Below, one piece after another: positions 17,000 through 26,029 of a stretch of DNA of 64,000 nt. Source of the DNA: an uncultured Gammaproteobacteria bacterium. GTDB lineage: Bacteria; Pseudomonadota; Gammaproteobacteria; GCA-001735895. Position 1 is the first letter of the stretch. Each line of letters opens with the position of its first letter. Below the pieces are notes generated by a model. That model saw only the letters and a list, made by a program, of their open reading frames with translations. It was not told where the DNA came from and ran no database searches. The stretch is taken from positions 20,806 to 84,805 of the forward strand of contig CAMYON010000013.1 of NCBI GenBank assembly GCA_947260025.1. Direction: 5' to 3'. The position numbers were made by a program, and so were the translations under genes.

Positions 17000-19663
17000 T
17001 CAGAAATGAAGGCTGATGTCTTTGTGTACGGCAAGACAGGTTGCGATCGATTCGGCCTGGTCGGAATCCAGGCGATCCTGCATACGCATGCCGATGGTGC
17101 CGGCGATCGCCTGGTCATATTCCTCGAGGTCGGTCGCGAGTTCCTCGCTGGCGCGCTGATGCCATTCGATTTCGCTTTGCAAGATTTCGGCCGCAAGCAT
17201 GGCCTCGGCCAGCGCCTTTTCCTTGTCGGGCGTCGCGCCGCGCAGGGCACGCTTGGCGCGCGACAGTTTCGACTTGATGCGATGTGTCTCGGTCAGCTCG
17301 TCGATCTTGAACTCTAACGTCTTGATAGCTTCCAGTCCTTCCTCCGGGGACTGAGAGCGGATCAGCTCCAGCAGCGGTTCGAACTCGCCCTGCAGGGCCT
17401 GCAGTTGATCGGTTTCGGAGATCATCCTGCGCATGGTCACAATCATTTCATAGCTGTCGTCGACATTCTGTCGATACTTGCGGCGAGCGGTGGTTTCCAC
17501 GCTGGCCAGGTTCTTGAATTCGCTGCGCCTTTGTTCCCAGTTGTCCGGAATGGTCGCCAGCAAGGCTTCGCTTTCGGCTTCGAGGTCCTTGATCCTGGCG
17601 AGTATGCGCTCGATCGCCGGTTCGTCTACCGGCTGTTCGAAAGCAAGCCGCTGCCGCTCCTGATCCAGTTCTTCGATAGTCTTTTTAAGCTTACGGGCGT
17701 CGCGCTGTATCTGGCGCACCTCGATATGCAGTGGGCGATAACCCGGCGTAAACTGCGCCATCGCAGCCTCGGCGGTACGAATCTCCTCGATCATGCCGAA
17801 CGCCCCGGCTGCCTGGCGGTAGCTCTCGTTGAGCCGTTCCTGGTATTCGTCCGGGAGGTAGGCGAGGTTGGCGGTCCTGACGCGTTCGATGCTGGCCTCG
17901 ATTTCGGCCCGGGTGGCGTCATAGACGACAAACTGGTAATCCTCGAGGCATTCCTGCAGCTTGGGGTTACTGGGTGGTGGCGCGGTTTCCGAAGTCAGGT
18001 GAGTCTTGTTCGGCAGGTAGTTGACCAGGCTCGGGAATGCACCCGCAATCGCGAGGCCGGCGAGCTGCAACACGATAAACGCGGCAGCGCCCTTGTAAAT
18101 CTGCAATGTGCGCACGTCCCTGGGCGCAACGCCGCGCAGGTAAAACAGGGAAAAGCCGAACGGCGGCGTCAGGAACGAGGTCTGGATGTTGAGGCCCACC
18201 ATGACGCCAAACCAGACCGCGGTCACGTTGGCACTGGGATCGGCCAGCAAAATCGGCGCCACGATCGGCACCACGACAACCGCGATTTCGAGAAAGTCGA
18301 GGAAGAATCCGAGGAAGAAGATAACCGCCATGACGACGATGAACTGTGTCCAGAACCCGCCCGGCAGCGACGTCAGGTATTCCTTGACCAGTTCCTCGCC
18401 ACCAAACGCGCGGAACGCCGAAGTCAGCATCGCCGCGCCGAGCAGTATGATGAATACCATCGACGTGGTCTTGGCGGTATCCATCATGACCCCGCGCAGC
18501 GTGTCTTCGATTTTGAAGGCGCGCCAGGTTGCCCAACCGATCGCGCCGATCAGCACCAGTGCCGCAATCGCGGCCAGCGTCACCCCGAACGCATCGTAGC
18601 CGCTTTGAATGTTCTTGATATTGAGACTGAACAGGTTCGTCAGGATGATTATTACGAAGACCGAACCGATGGCCAGTGCCGCCGGGTAGTAAGCCCTTTT
18701 ATGTCCTTCCATCAGACGGTAACTGCCCATCATCATCGCGCCGATGGCTCCGATGGCGCCAGCCTGGTTTACCGTGGCGACGCCGAGAATAATCGAGCCC
18801 AGCACGATAAAGATCAGCGTCAGCGGCGGTACCAGCGCCAACAACACCTTGAGAACGAAATGATGATCGTATTTGCCGTCGAAGGGCACCGGCGGTGCTT
18901 TCTTGGGATTGATCAGGGCCGAGCCCAGGATATAAAGCATGTAGAGGCCGACCAGGATCATGCCCGGCACGAACGCGCCCATGAACATGTCGCCCGCGCT
19001 CGCGGTCACCACGTCGAAATCTCCCGGCATAGAAAATTCACCGGTGGCCTCCTTGTATTCCGCCTTGCGCGTGGTCGCGGCCTGGTCCGCCGCGCTCGAT
19101 AACTGGTCGGCCAGGATAATCAGCACGATCGACGGCGGGATAATCTGTCCCAGCGTTCCCGAGGCGCAGATCGTGCCGCAGGCCAGCGATTTGGAATAGT
19201 TGTTGCGCAGCATGGCCGGCAGCGAGATCAGCCCCATGGCAATGACCGTGGCGCCGACGATCCCGGTGGTGGCGGCGAGCAGCGCGCCAACGAATACGAC
19301 CGATATGCCCAGTCCACCGGGGATTGGCCCGAACAGTTGCGCCATCGCGACCAGCAGGTCCTCGGCGATACGTGAACGTTGCAGCATGATGCCCATGAAA
19401 ATAAACAGCGGGATCGCGATCAGCGTATCGCGCTCGACCACCCAGTAAAGACTTCGGTAGTTGGTAACGCCGGCGCTAAGCCACTGGTTTGGTCCGCCAA
19501 GCACGAAGTAGGCGTCGACATTGCCCTCGAACACCCAGCCGCAGAAGGCGGCAATGGCGATGGTAACGACCGCCGCGCCGGGAAGCGCGAACGCTACCGG
19601 GAAGCCCGAGGTCAGGGCGAACACCATGATTGCGACCAGCAGTACCAGGAAGTACAGTTCCAT
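17000..19663 (-). CDS. dctM: TRAP transporter large permease (DctM family) fused to a ~360-aa C-terminal cytoplasmic coiled-coil domain
   Basis: 887 aa; residues 1-~525 are a 12-TM DctM domain; residues ~530-887 are charged, heptad-rich and unrelated to transporters. Confidence 0.8.
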   Translation of the reverse strand: MELYFLVLLVAIMVFALTSGFPVAFALPGAAVVTIAIAAFCGWVFEGNVDAYFVLGGPNQWLSAGVTNYRSLYWVVERDTLIAIPLFIFMGIMLQRSRIAEDLLVAMAQLFGPIPGGLGISVVFVGALLAATTGIVGATVIAMGLISLPAMLRNNYSKSLACGTICASGTLGQIIPPSIVLIILADQLSSAADQAATTRKAEYKEATGEFSMPGDFDVVTASAGDMFMGAFVPGMILVGLYMLYILGSALINPKKAPPVPFDGKYDHHFVLKVLLALVPPLTLIFIVLGSIILGVATVNQAGAIGAIGAMMMGSYRLMEGHKRAYYPAALAIGSVFVIIILTNLFSLNIKNIQSGYDAFGVTLAAIAALVLIGAIGWATWRAFKIEDTLRGVMMDTAKTTSMVFIILLGAAMLTSAFRAFGGEELVKEYLTSLPGGFWTQFIVVMAVIFFLGFFLDFLEIAVVVVPIVAPILLADPSANVTAVWFGVMVGLNIQTSFLTPPFGFSLFYLRGVAPRDVRTLQIYKGAAAFIVLQLAGLAIAGAFPSLVNYLPNKTHLTSETAPPPSNPKLQECLEDYQFVVYDATRAEIEASIERVRTANLAYLPDEYQERLNESYRQAAGAFGMIEEIRTAEAAMAQFTPGYRPLHIEVRQIQRDARKLKKTIEELDQERQRLAFEQPVDEPAIERILARIKDLEAESEALLATIPDNWEQRRSEFKNLASVETTARRKYRQNVDDSYEMIVTMRRMISETDQLQALQGEFEPLLELIRSQSPEEGLEAIKTLEFKIDELTETHRIKSKLSRAKRALRGATPDKEKALAEAMLAAEILQSEIEWHQRASEELATDLEEYDQAIAGTIGMRMQDRLDSDQAESIATCLAVHKDISLHF

Positions 19664-19664
19664 G

Positions 19665-20711
19665 TCAGTGACCGCCCTCCGAAACCGCGTTTTTATCTTC
19701 CGATATCAACTGGAAGTAGGTCTGGTGCTCCTCGCCCTTGCCGTGGCTGAGCAACTGGTTTGCGTTGTACAACAGGTAGCTGACGAACTGGATCAGCATG
19801 GTAACCGCGAAAATGATCAGGAAAGCGGCCATGAGGTACTTGACGTACATGCCGTAACCGCTTTGCGAGACTTCGAAACTGAGCAGCGGGCTATTGATAC
19901 TGTTGCCGCGGCCGCCCATGCCCTGCATCAGGATAACCCAGCAGATCGGCATGCCGAGAAACAGGCAGCCGATGGTATCGAACAGCGCTTTCTTGCGGCG
20001 CCTGAAACCGGTGTACAGCACATCGACTCGTACGTGGCCTTCCTCAACCAGCGTATGCGCACTGGCGAACAGGAACAGCGCCGCATACCAGAAACGTACC
20101 ACGTCGCCCATGTAAGCCTGCTCGTAGGAAAAAACGAAGCGCGTAATGACGATCAGGAATTCGGCCAGCACGCACATCAAAGCGAGCCAGCTGAAACTGA
20201 TATTGCGCAGCCTGGCCGCGATAAACAGCGAGGCGACGATCAAAGGGTAATGCACGTAGGTGCCACGAAATATGGGACGGCCCAGCTGCTGGTTTAACCA
20301 TTCGCCAGCAATTGGTTCGAGGATGCCTTCCACGCGCAGGAAAGAAATTACCATGTCGACCAGGCCCACCAGCGTTACCGACCAGAACGCGAAACGCACG
20401 AGGTAGGCGGAAAGCCTGGCGAAACGAATGCTGTCCTGCTCGAGCGTGCGCGCATGGGTCTTCAGTACGTATGCGACGCTGCCGGCAAGCAGCAGCAGGT
20501 AGATAATCAGCTGGGTCCAGCCCTGGCTGATTTTTGACTCGTCGAGGGCTTCGACTTCGAGGCCGAACCAGCCGTAATGCAACGCCAGCGCGTAAGGCCC
20601 CGGCATCTCCTGCCAGTAGACCAGGTAATTGTTAATCAGGTACAGAAACACGCCACTGACCATGACGTAGGCGAAACTACGCGTAATCAGGGGCAGGTTA
20701 CGTTGAATCAT
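19665..20711 (-). CDS. dctQ: TRAP transporter small permease (DctQ family), N-terminally extended
   Basis: 348 aa; DctQ signature (VDVLYTGFRRRKKALFDTIGCLFLGMPICW) in the C-terminal half; ~150 extra N-terminal residues with additional TM segments; overlaps the dctM start. Confidence 0.7.
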   Translation of the reverse strand: MIQRNLPLITRSFAYVMVSGVFLYLINNYLVYWQEMPGPYALALHYGWFGLEVEALDESKISQGWTQLIIYLLLLAGSVAYVLKTHARTLEQDSIRFARLSAYLVRFAFWSVTLVGLVDMVISFLRVEGILEPIAGEWLNQQLGRPIFRGTYVHYPLIVASLFIAARLRNISFSWLALMCVLAEFLIVITRFVFSYEQAYMGDVVRFWYAALFLFASAHTLVEEGHVRVDVLYTGFRRRKKALFDTIGCLFLGMPICWVILMQGMGGRGNSINSPLLSFEVSQSGYGMYVKYLMAAFLIIFAVTMLIQFVSYLLYNANQLLSHGKGEEHQTYFQLISEDKNAVSEGGH

Positions 20712-20738
20712 CGAACGAACGACAGCGGGGCGAAAGAA

Positions 20739-20760
20739 AACGGAGCCCGAAGACTCCGTT
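20739..20760 (-). promoter_or_regulatory. Intercistronic stem-loop between dctP and dctQ (7-bp stem aacggag/ctccgtt)
   Basis: Inverted repeat read in sequence within the 72-nt dctP-dctQ spacer. Confidence 0.3.
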
Positions 20761-20783
20761 TAATTTTCGCAATAGATCCGCTG

Positions 20784-21875
20784 CTACAGACCAAGCACGC
20801 GGTTACGCTGCGCCACGTAGGCCTGATCCGAGATCTTGGCCCAGGCACCGACTTCGCCACGCGACTTGAGAAAGCTCTGGTGAATTTTCTTCGCCATCGG
20901 GCTGTGCTGCTGCACTTCCTCGAACACTTCCGCCGCGGCATCGCCGAAGCTGTCGTAGATGTCGTCGCTGAAGTTTCTCAGCTTGACGCCCTGGTCCGAA
21001 ATCAGGCTGGCGAGCGAGGCGCCGTTCTTGGCGTTGTACTCGGACATCATCACTGAATTCTCCGTTTCGGCGGCAGCAGTGATAATGATCTGGTCCGCCT
21101 TGCTCAGACCGTCCCAGAATTTTTTGTTGATACCGAGCGACAGCATCGAGCCTGGCTCGTGCATGCCCGGGTAGTAGTAGAACTTGGCGGCTTCGTAGAA
21201 CTTCATGAAGCTGTCGTTCCAGGGTCCTACCCATTCGGTAGCATCGATCGCGCCGGATACCAGGTTTTCATAAATCTGACCGCCAGGCAGCGATACCGGC
21301 GATGCGCCAAGCTTGGCGAGCACGTCGCCGCCAAGACCCGGGATACGCATTTTCAGGCCCTTGAAATCGGAGGCGGAGCGCATTTCCTTGCGGAACCAGC
21401 CACCCATTTGTACCCCGGTATTACCGCAGGGCAGGCACTTGAGGCCGTAACCGGCGGCGAGTTCGTCCCACAATTCCTGGCCACCGCCGAACTGGGTCCA
21501 GGCGTTGACCTCGGTAAAAGTCATGCCGAAGGGGACGCCGGTAAAATAAGCCCAGCCAGGGTGCTTACCTTTCCAGTAGTAGTCGGCGGCATGGTACATC
21601 TGCGCGTTGCCCGAGGCGACTTCGTCGAACGAATCGAAAGCCTTGACGCGCTCGCCGGCGGCGAAATAGTTGACCTTGATACGACCATCGGTCATCGCGG
21701 TGAGGCGCTCGGCGAAGCGCTGCGCGCCGGTACCGAGACCGGGAAAGTCACGCGGCCAGGTAGATACCATGGTTATTTCGATTCGGCTCTGAGCTATTGC
21801 TGGTGCTGAGACCGCGCCTGCCCCGGTTGCTAATGCGGCGGCGACGCCACCTTTGAGTACATCACGACGTTTCAT
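20784..21875 (-). CDS. dctP: TRAP transporter periplasmic solute-binding protein (DctP family, Tat signal)
   Basis: 363 aa; twin-arginine signal (MKRRDVLKGGVAAALATGAGAVSAPA); DctP/FcbT1-like family. Confidence 0.8.
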   Translation of the reverse strand: MKRRDVLKGGVAAALATGAGAVSAPAIAQSRIEITMVSTWPRDFPGLGTGAQRFAERLTAMTDGRIKVNYFAAGERVKAFDSFDEVASGNAQMYHAADYYWKGKHPGWAYFTGVPFGMTFTEVNAWTQFGGGQELWDELAAGYGLKCLPCGNTGVQMGGWFRKEMRSASDFKGLKMRIPGLGGDVLAKLGASPVSLPGGQIYENLVSGAIDATEWVGPWNDSFMKFYEAAKFYYYPGMHEPGSMLSLGINKKFWDGLSKADQIIITAAAETENSVMMSEYNAKNGASLASLISDQGVKLRNFSDDIYDSFGDAAAEVFEEVQQHSPMAKKIHQSFLKSRGEVGAWAKISDQAYVAQRNRVLGL

Positions 21876-21990
21876 TGCTGATTCTCTCCGTTATTATGGA
21901 TATTGTCTGATATGTTTTTATAGTGGTTGGGGTCTCGACCTCTGGCCCCTTCGTACAACGCCGTCATTCTGGGCTTTCTACCCCAACATT

Positions 21991-22605
21991 TCAAGTTTTA
22001 GCGCCGACCCCGCCGGTATCCGGTGCATCTGTCTGGTGGGCTTTAAGCAAATCCCAGGCGGCCTTGATTTTCGCATTGGGATTCTCACAGTGCTCAGCGA
22101 TGAACTCGGCGGGGATAGTTTCGGGATTCAGTACCTTGTCCGGATGACCTTTCGGGAACAGGGCGCTGTTATCGAAAAACAGGTAGCCGTGAAGCGGTGC
22201 ATCGCCAATCAGTAATCGTAGCGCGGTGATCTGGTTTTCGAGTTCGAATAGAGGGTTTGCAAACTTGAAACTTTGCTGCCCGATGACCTGGGTCCACTCG
22301 GAAATTCGCTCGGCGCAGTAAATGTTCCCGCCGAAGGGTTTGTAGCTGATCAGCAGGATAGCATCACGGGTCAGGGCCAGCCGATCGATTTTATAGTAAC
22401 CCTCGAGCCCGTCGGCACAAACCAGGTCGCGTATCTGTGCGCTGCCGATTCGGTCGAGACAGCGCTGAATTCGCCACTCGCGAAACCAGGACTGGATACG
22501 CTGGCGGTAAACAACAAGGAGCATAACCAGCGCAAACGCCAGTAGCCCGAGGGCGACGAATTCCGATTCCAGGTTTAACTTTTTTGTTATCGATTCTAGA
22601 TCCAT
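21991..22605 (-). CDS. Membrane-anchored NERD-like (nuclease-related domain) protein
   Basis: 204 aa; one N-terminal TM helix; IDRLALTRDAILLISYKPFGGNIY resembles the NERD core. Confidence 0.4.
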   Translation of the reverse strand: MDLESITKKLNLESEFVALGLLAFALVMLLVVYRQRIQSWFREWRIQRCLDRIGSAQIRDLVCADGLEGYYKIDRLALTRDAILLISYKPFGGNIYCAERISEWTQVIGQQSFKFANPLFELENQITALRLLIGDAPLHGYLFFDNSALFPKGHPDKVLNPETIPAEFIAEHCENPNAKIKAAWDLLKAHQTDAPDTGGVGAKT

Positions 22606-22706
22606 GATTCAGAATATTATCCCAGGCTGGCCAAAATGCCATCGCCAATTGCCATCGTCAATGGTAAAAATTACACTGGCAATTATCGATATCGGAGCTA
22701 GCCCGC

Positions 22707-23744
22707 ATGACCACACCCCGTTTAACCGTAAAACAATTGTTCGACCGCGAAAGCTGCACCTACACCTATCTGCTGATCGATGCCGAGACGGGCGAGGGCG
22801 CTATTATCGACGGGGTGCTCGAGACCTTCGACCGTGATATGCAGATCATCAACGAGCTCGGAGTCGAGTTGCTGTACGCGATCGAGACGCATGCACATGC
22901 AGACCACATCACCTCGGCCGGCAAGATTCGGGAAATCACCGGTGCCAAGCTGGTTTACGGCGAGAGCTCCGGTATCGAGGCGATCGACATACCGCTCAAG
23001 GACGGCGACAGCATTCAACTGGGGCATTACCAGATAACGGCGATCTCGACGCCTGGCCACACCAACGGCTGTACCTGTTATTTTTGTGACGGCATGCTGT
23101 TTAGCGGTGACACGCTGCTGATTCGAGGCTGCGGTCGCACTGACTTCCAGTTCGGGGATCCGGGCCATCTGTATGACAGCGTGACGCAAAAACTGTTTGT
23201 GCTTAGCGACGATACCATCGTTTACCCGGCACATGATTATAACGGCCGTACCTGGTCGACCATCGGCGAAGAAAAGACCTGGAATCCGCGGCTCGGCGGC
23301 GGCAGGCCGCGCCAGGAGTTCATCGACCTGATGAACAATCTGAACCTCGACATGCCGAAACGGATCAACGAGGCGGTGCCGGCGAATATGAGCGTCGGTA
23401 TCAGTTTCGATGCCAATCGCTACCTGCTGCGCGACTTCGACATGAATGACCTGCACCAGGTGTGGCAGGATTTACCGCCCAATACGCTGATCATGGATAA
23501 CCGCACACCGGAAGAATATGCCAGGGGCCACGTGCCCGGCAGCCATAATATCCCGATGGGAACCGAGAATTCGCAGGTCGACGATCTGCGACAGTACGAC
23601 CAGATTTACCTCTACTGCCGTTCGGGCCGGCGCGCGCAAACCTCGACCACCAACCTGAACTTCCAGGGGCTCGATCAGATAACCTGTATCAGCCACAGCG
23701 GTATGCCGGACTGGGAAAAAGCCGGCTACCCGGTCGAAACCTGA
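22707..23744 (+). CDS. Persulfide dioxygenase (ETHE1-like MBL fold) fused to a C-terminal rhodanese domain
   Basis: 345 aa; HAHADH metal motif; C-terminal rhodanese with active-site CRSGRR loop. Confidence 0.8.
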   Translation: MTTPRLTVKQLFDRESCTYTYLLIDAETGEGAIIDGVLETFDRDMQIINELGVELLYAIETHAHADHITSAGKIREITGAKLVYGESSGIEAIDIPLKDGDSIQLGHYQITAISTPGHTNGCTCYFCDGMLFSGDTLLIRGCGRTDFQFGDPGHLYDSVTQKLFVLSDDTIVYPAHDYNGRTWSTIGEEKTWNPRLGGGRPRQEFIDLMNNLNLDMPKRINEAVPANMSVGISFDANRYLLRDFDMNDLHQVWQDLPPNTLIMDNRTPEEYARGHVPGSHNIPMGTENSQVDDLRQYDQIYLYCRSGRRAQTSTTNLNFQGLDQITCISHSGMPDWEKAGYPVET

Positions 23745-23755
23745 GACTCCGACGG

Positions 23756-24829
23756 TCAGGCGACCTTCGAAATCACCATGTAGGCGTGGACGTAGTCCAT
23801 ACCGTGACCCGCGGGATTGTCGCGCACCAGGTCGCGATAACTGCCGTAATAGTCCTCGATTATCTGGCGGCGCTGTTCCAGCGGTCGCTGCCCGGACAGG
23901 GCGTTGAAATAGGTACTTTCGTTCCAGCTGCGTATCGTCGGGATATACGCTTCGGCAAATCGAGCAGCGTCCCCATGTTGCGCGAAAGCCTCGGCAAACG
24001 GGCATTTGACGATACGCGTGTCGATATGCTCGAGCCGCAGCCCGGCCTGGTAAACCGCGTCTTCCTGGTCAGTCAACGGTGCGCTGAATTCTTCCACGGT
24101 ATTGTAATACTGCGGCAGGGTCATGTTGTCGTACTCGTCACGCTCGATGCGTCCCTGCTCGAGAAAATCCAGCCAGATCTGGTTGAAGGTGTCGAACATG
24201 TTGACACCCCCGGTATTGCCCAGGTAGCGGCCTTGCTCGTCACAGCCAAAATTGATCAGTATCAGCTTGCCGCCGGGTTTCAGTTCGGTGGCACGGTGCA
24301 ACAGGATCTGGCGCCAGTCCCGATGCGCCTGCGCGCGAAACGCCTCGAGCTCTTCGCCCGCGGCGCCGACCGCCTGCACGTGATTGGTGATATTGCATAC
24401 CTTGCTGCTCATCCAGTGCATCGCGGTAGCGGAAAATCCGATATCGAGGCTAGCCGCCGGCACGATCTGTTTGTAGAAAGTGGTCCCCGAAACCAGTGGA
24501 AAGACATTACTGTGCTTGTCCAGATAGGTTTCGAACGGACCAAGGCCGTAGACGTTCGTGATCAGGGCGTTGAAATCGTTACGCGGCTGGTCCGAATAGA
24601 CGATCGAAACCGGCGCCTCTGGGACGCGCGCTTTAACCGCCTCGATGCTGCTTTCGATCATCGACAGCGAGGTCCCGGCATCGGCGGTGCCCATGTCCGA
24701 TAGCGTGAAGCCATTGACGATCGATTCCTGCGGCAGGCTGTTGATCGCCTCCACGACCATCGGCGTGGCGGCATCGATAACGTGCCTGGCGCCAACCGTC
24801 GCCAGCGAGTAGAGTCCGCCGCCGCTCAT
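23756..24829 (-). CDS. SABATH-family (Methyltransf_7) SAM-dependent carboxyl methyltransferase
   Basis: 357 aa from the second ATG; colinear with plant SAMT-type enzymes (MSGGGxxSxA, DxGxAxGxxSL, DQPxNDFNAL, PGGKLIL). Confidence 0.7.
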   Translation of the reverse strand: MSGGGLYSLATVGARHVIDAATPMVVEAINSLPQESIVNGFTLSDMGTADAGTSLSMIESSIEAVKARVPEAPVSIVYSDQPRNDFNALITNVYGLGPFETYLDKHSNVFPLVSGTTFYKQIVPAASLDIGFSATAMHWMSSKVCNITNHVQAVGAAGEELEAFRAQAHRDWRQILLHRATELKPGGKLILINFGCDEQGRYLGNTGGVNMFDTFNQIWLDFLEQGRIERDEYDNMTLPQYYNTVEEFSAPLTDQEDAVYQAGLRLEHIDTRIVKCPFAEAFAQHGDAARFAEAYIPTIRSWNESTYFNALSGQRPLEQRRQIIEDYYGSYRDLVRDNPAGHGMDYVHAYMVISKVA

Positions 24830-24880
24830 GGTGATACCTTCTGAATGTCCCCGAGTGCCCATGTCTCCTCCGCCGCTTGA

Positions 24881-26029
24881 TTAAGTCTGATTCTCGTCGA
24901 TCAGGGATAAAACCAATTGTGCCATATTGCGCGCACCGTCACCCGCACCGAGATTTTCGCGTACCCGTTCGAGCCCGGACAATACCTGCTCGCGGTACTC
25001 GAGATTTTCGATCAAAGCGAACAGCTCCGTACTGACGGCATCGGGTTGCGCCGCCTGTTGCAGGAACTCGCGGACCACCGCGCCCCCGGCGACGATATTC
25101 GCCAGCCCGATATGCGGTATCGTAACCAGTCGTTTCATGATCGAATAGGACAATCCCGACAGCTTGTAGACAATGCACATCGGCACACCGAGCAGGGCGA
25201 TCTCGAGCGTCACCGTGCCCGAACAGGTTACGATCGCGTTGCAACAGCCGATCACGCCGTAAACGTCATCCTGGGTCACGATAATGTCGAGATCCCGGCT
25301 GGCGCACTGTCGCGTTATCTCGTCGAAATCCAGCGTCGATGCGACGGGTAGCAGGAACTTGATGCTCGGGTCGCGCTGACGCATCAGTCGCGCGGTATCG
25401 AACATCAGCGGCAGCAGGCGGGATATTTCGCTATGGCGGCTGCCGGGAAACAGCCCGATGACCCGGTCTGTAGCGGAGATGCCGAGCTTCGCCTGCAAGG
25501 CGTCGACGTCTGCTCGCAACTGCACCTTGTCGACCAGCGGATGACCGACAAAACTGACCGGAATACCGGCTCGCTCGTAGTATTGCTGCTCGAACTTGAA
25601 AATCACCGCCATGTGATCGATCAGCCTGCCGATCTTGTGAATGCGCTTCGGCCGCCAGGCCCACACCTGGGGGCTGATATAAAACAGCACCTTGATACCG
25701 AGCTCGCGCGCGTGCCGCGCCATCTTCAGATTGAATTCGGGGTAGTCGACCAGTATCAGCAGGTCGGGACGAGTTTGCTCGAGCCGCTGCTTGACGATCG
25801 CCATTGCGCGTTTGATATCGCTCCAGTGACGCAAAACCTCGACCAGGCCGACCACCGCAATGATCGAAGAATCGAAAAACACGTCGACGCCGGCGCGTTG
25901 CATTTCGCGGCTGCCCATGCCGCTGAGCCGGATGTCCGGCTGCAGTTGCCTGAGCTGTTCGACGAATTCGGCGGCGTGGGCGTCGCCGGAGGCTTCCCCG
26001 GCGAGAATCATGACGTGGGCCGGGTTCAT
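24881..26029 (-). CDS. lpxB: Lipid-A-disaccharide synthase
   Basis: ~382 aa; start chosen at ATG overlapping the gnnB stop (TGATG); N-terminus VMILAGEASGD typical of LpxB. Confidence 0.85.
   Translation of the reverse strand: MNPAHVMILAGEASGDAHAAEFVEQLRQLQPDIRLSGMGSREMQRAGVDVFFDSSIIAVVGLVEVLRHWSDIKRAMAIVKQRLEQTRPDLLILVDYPEFNLKMARHARELGIKVLFYISPQVWAWRPKRIHKIGRLIDHMAVIFKFEQQYYERAGIPVSFVGHPLVDKVQLRADVDALQAKLGISATDRVIGLFPGSRHSEISRLLPLMFDTARLMRQRDPSIKFLLPVASTLDFDEITRQCASRDLDIIVTQDDVYGVIGCCNAIVTCSGTVTLEIALLGVPMCIVYKLSGLSYSIMKRLVTIPHIGLANIVAGGAVVREFLQQAAQPDAVSTELFALIENLEYREQVLSGLERVRENLGAGDGARNMAQLVLSLIDENQT

Noticed and set aside
17405-19102. 565-aa ORF on the plus strand antisense to dctM, and other long antisense ORFs (e.g. 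13411-14145, 7415-8086, 37016-37801, 37994-38899, 28089-28640, 32218-32994, 61335-62351)
   Set aside because: Arg/Gly/Ala/His-rich low-complexity translations typical of shadow ORFs in GC-rich DNA. In every case the opposite strand carries a gene with clear family motifs.
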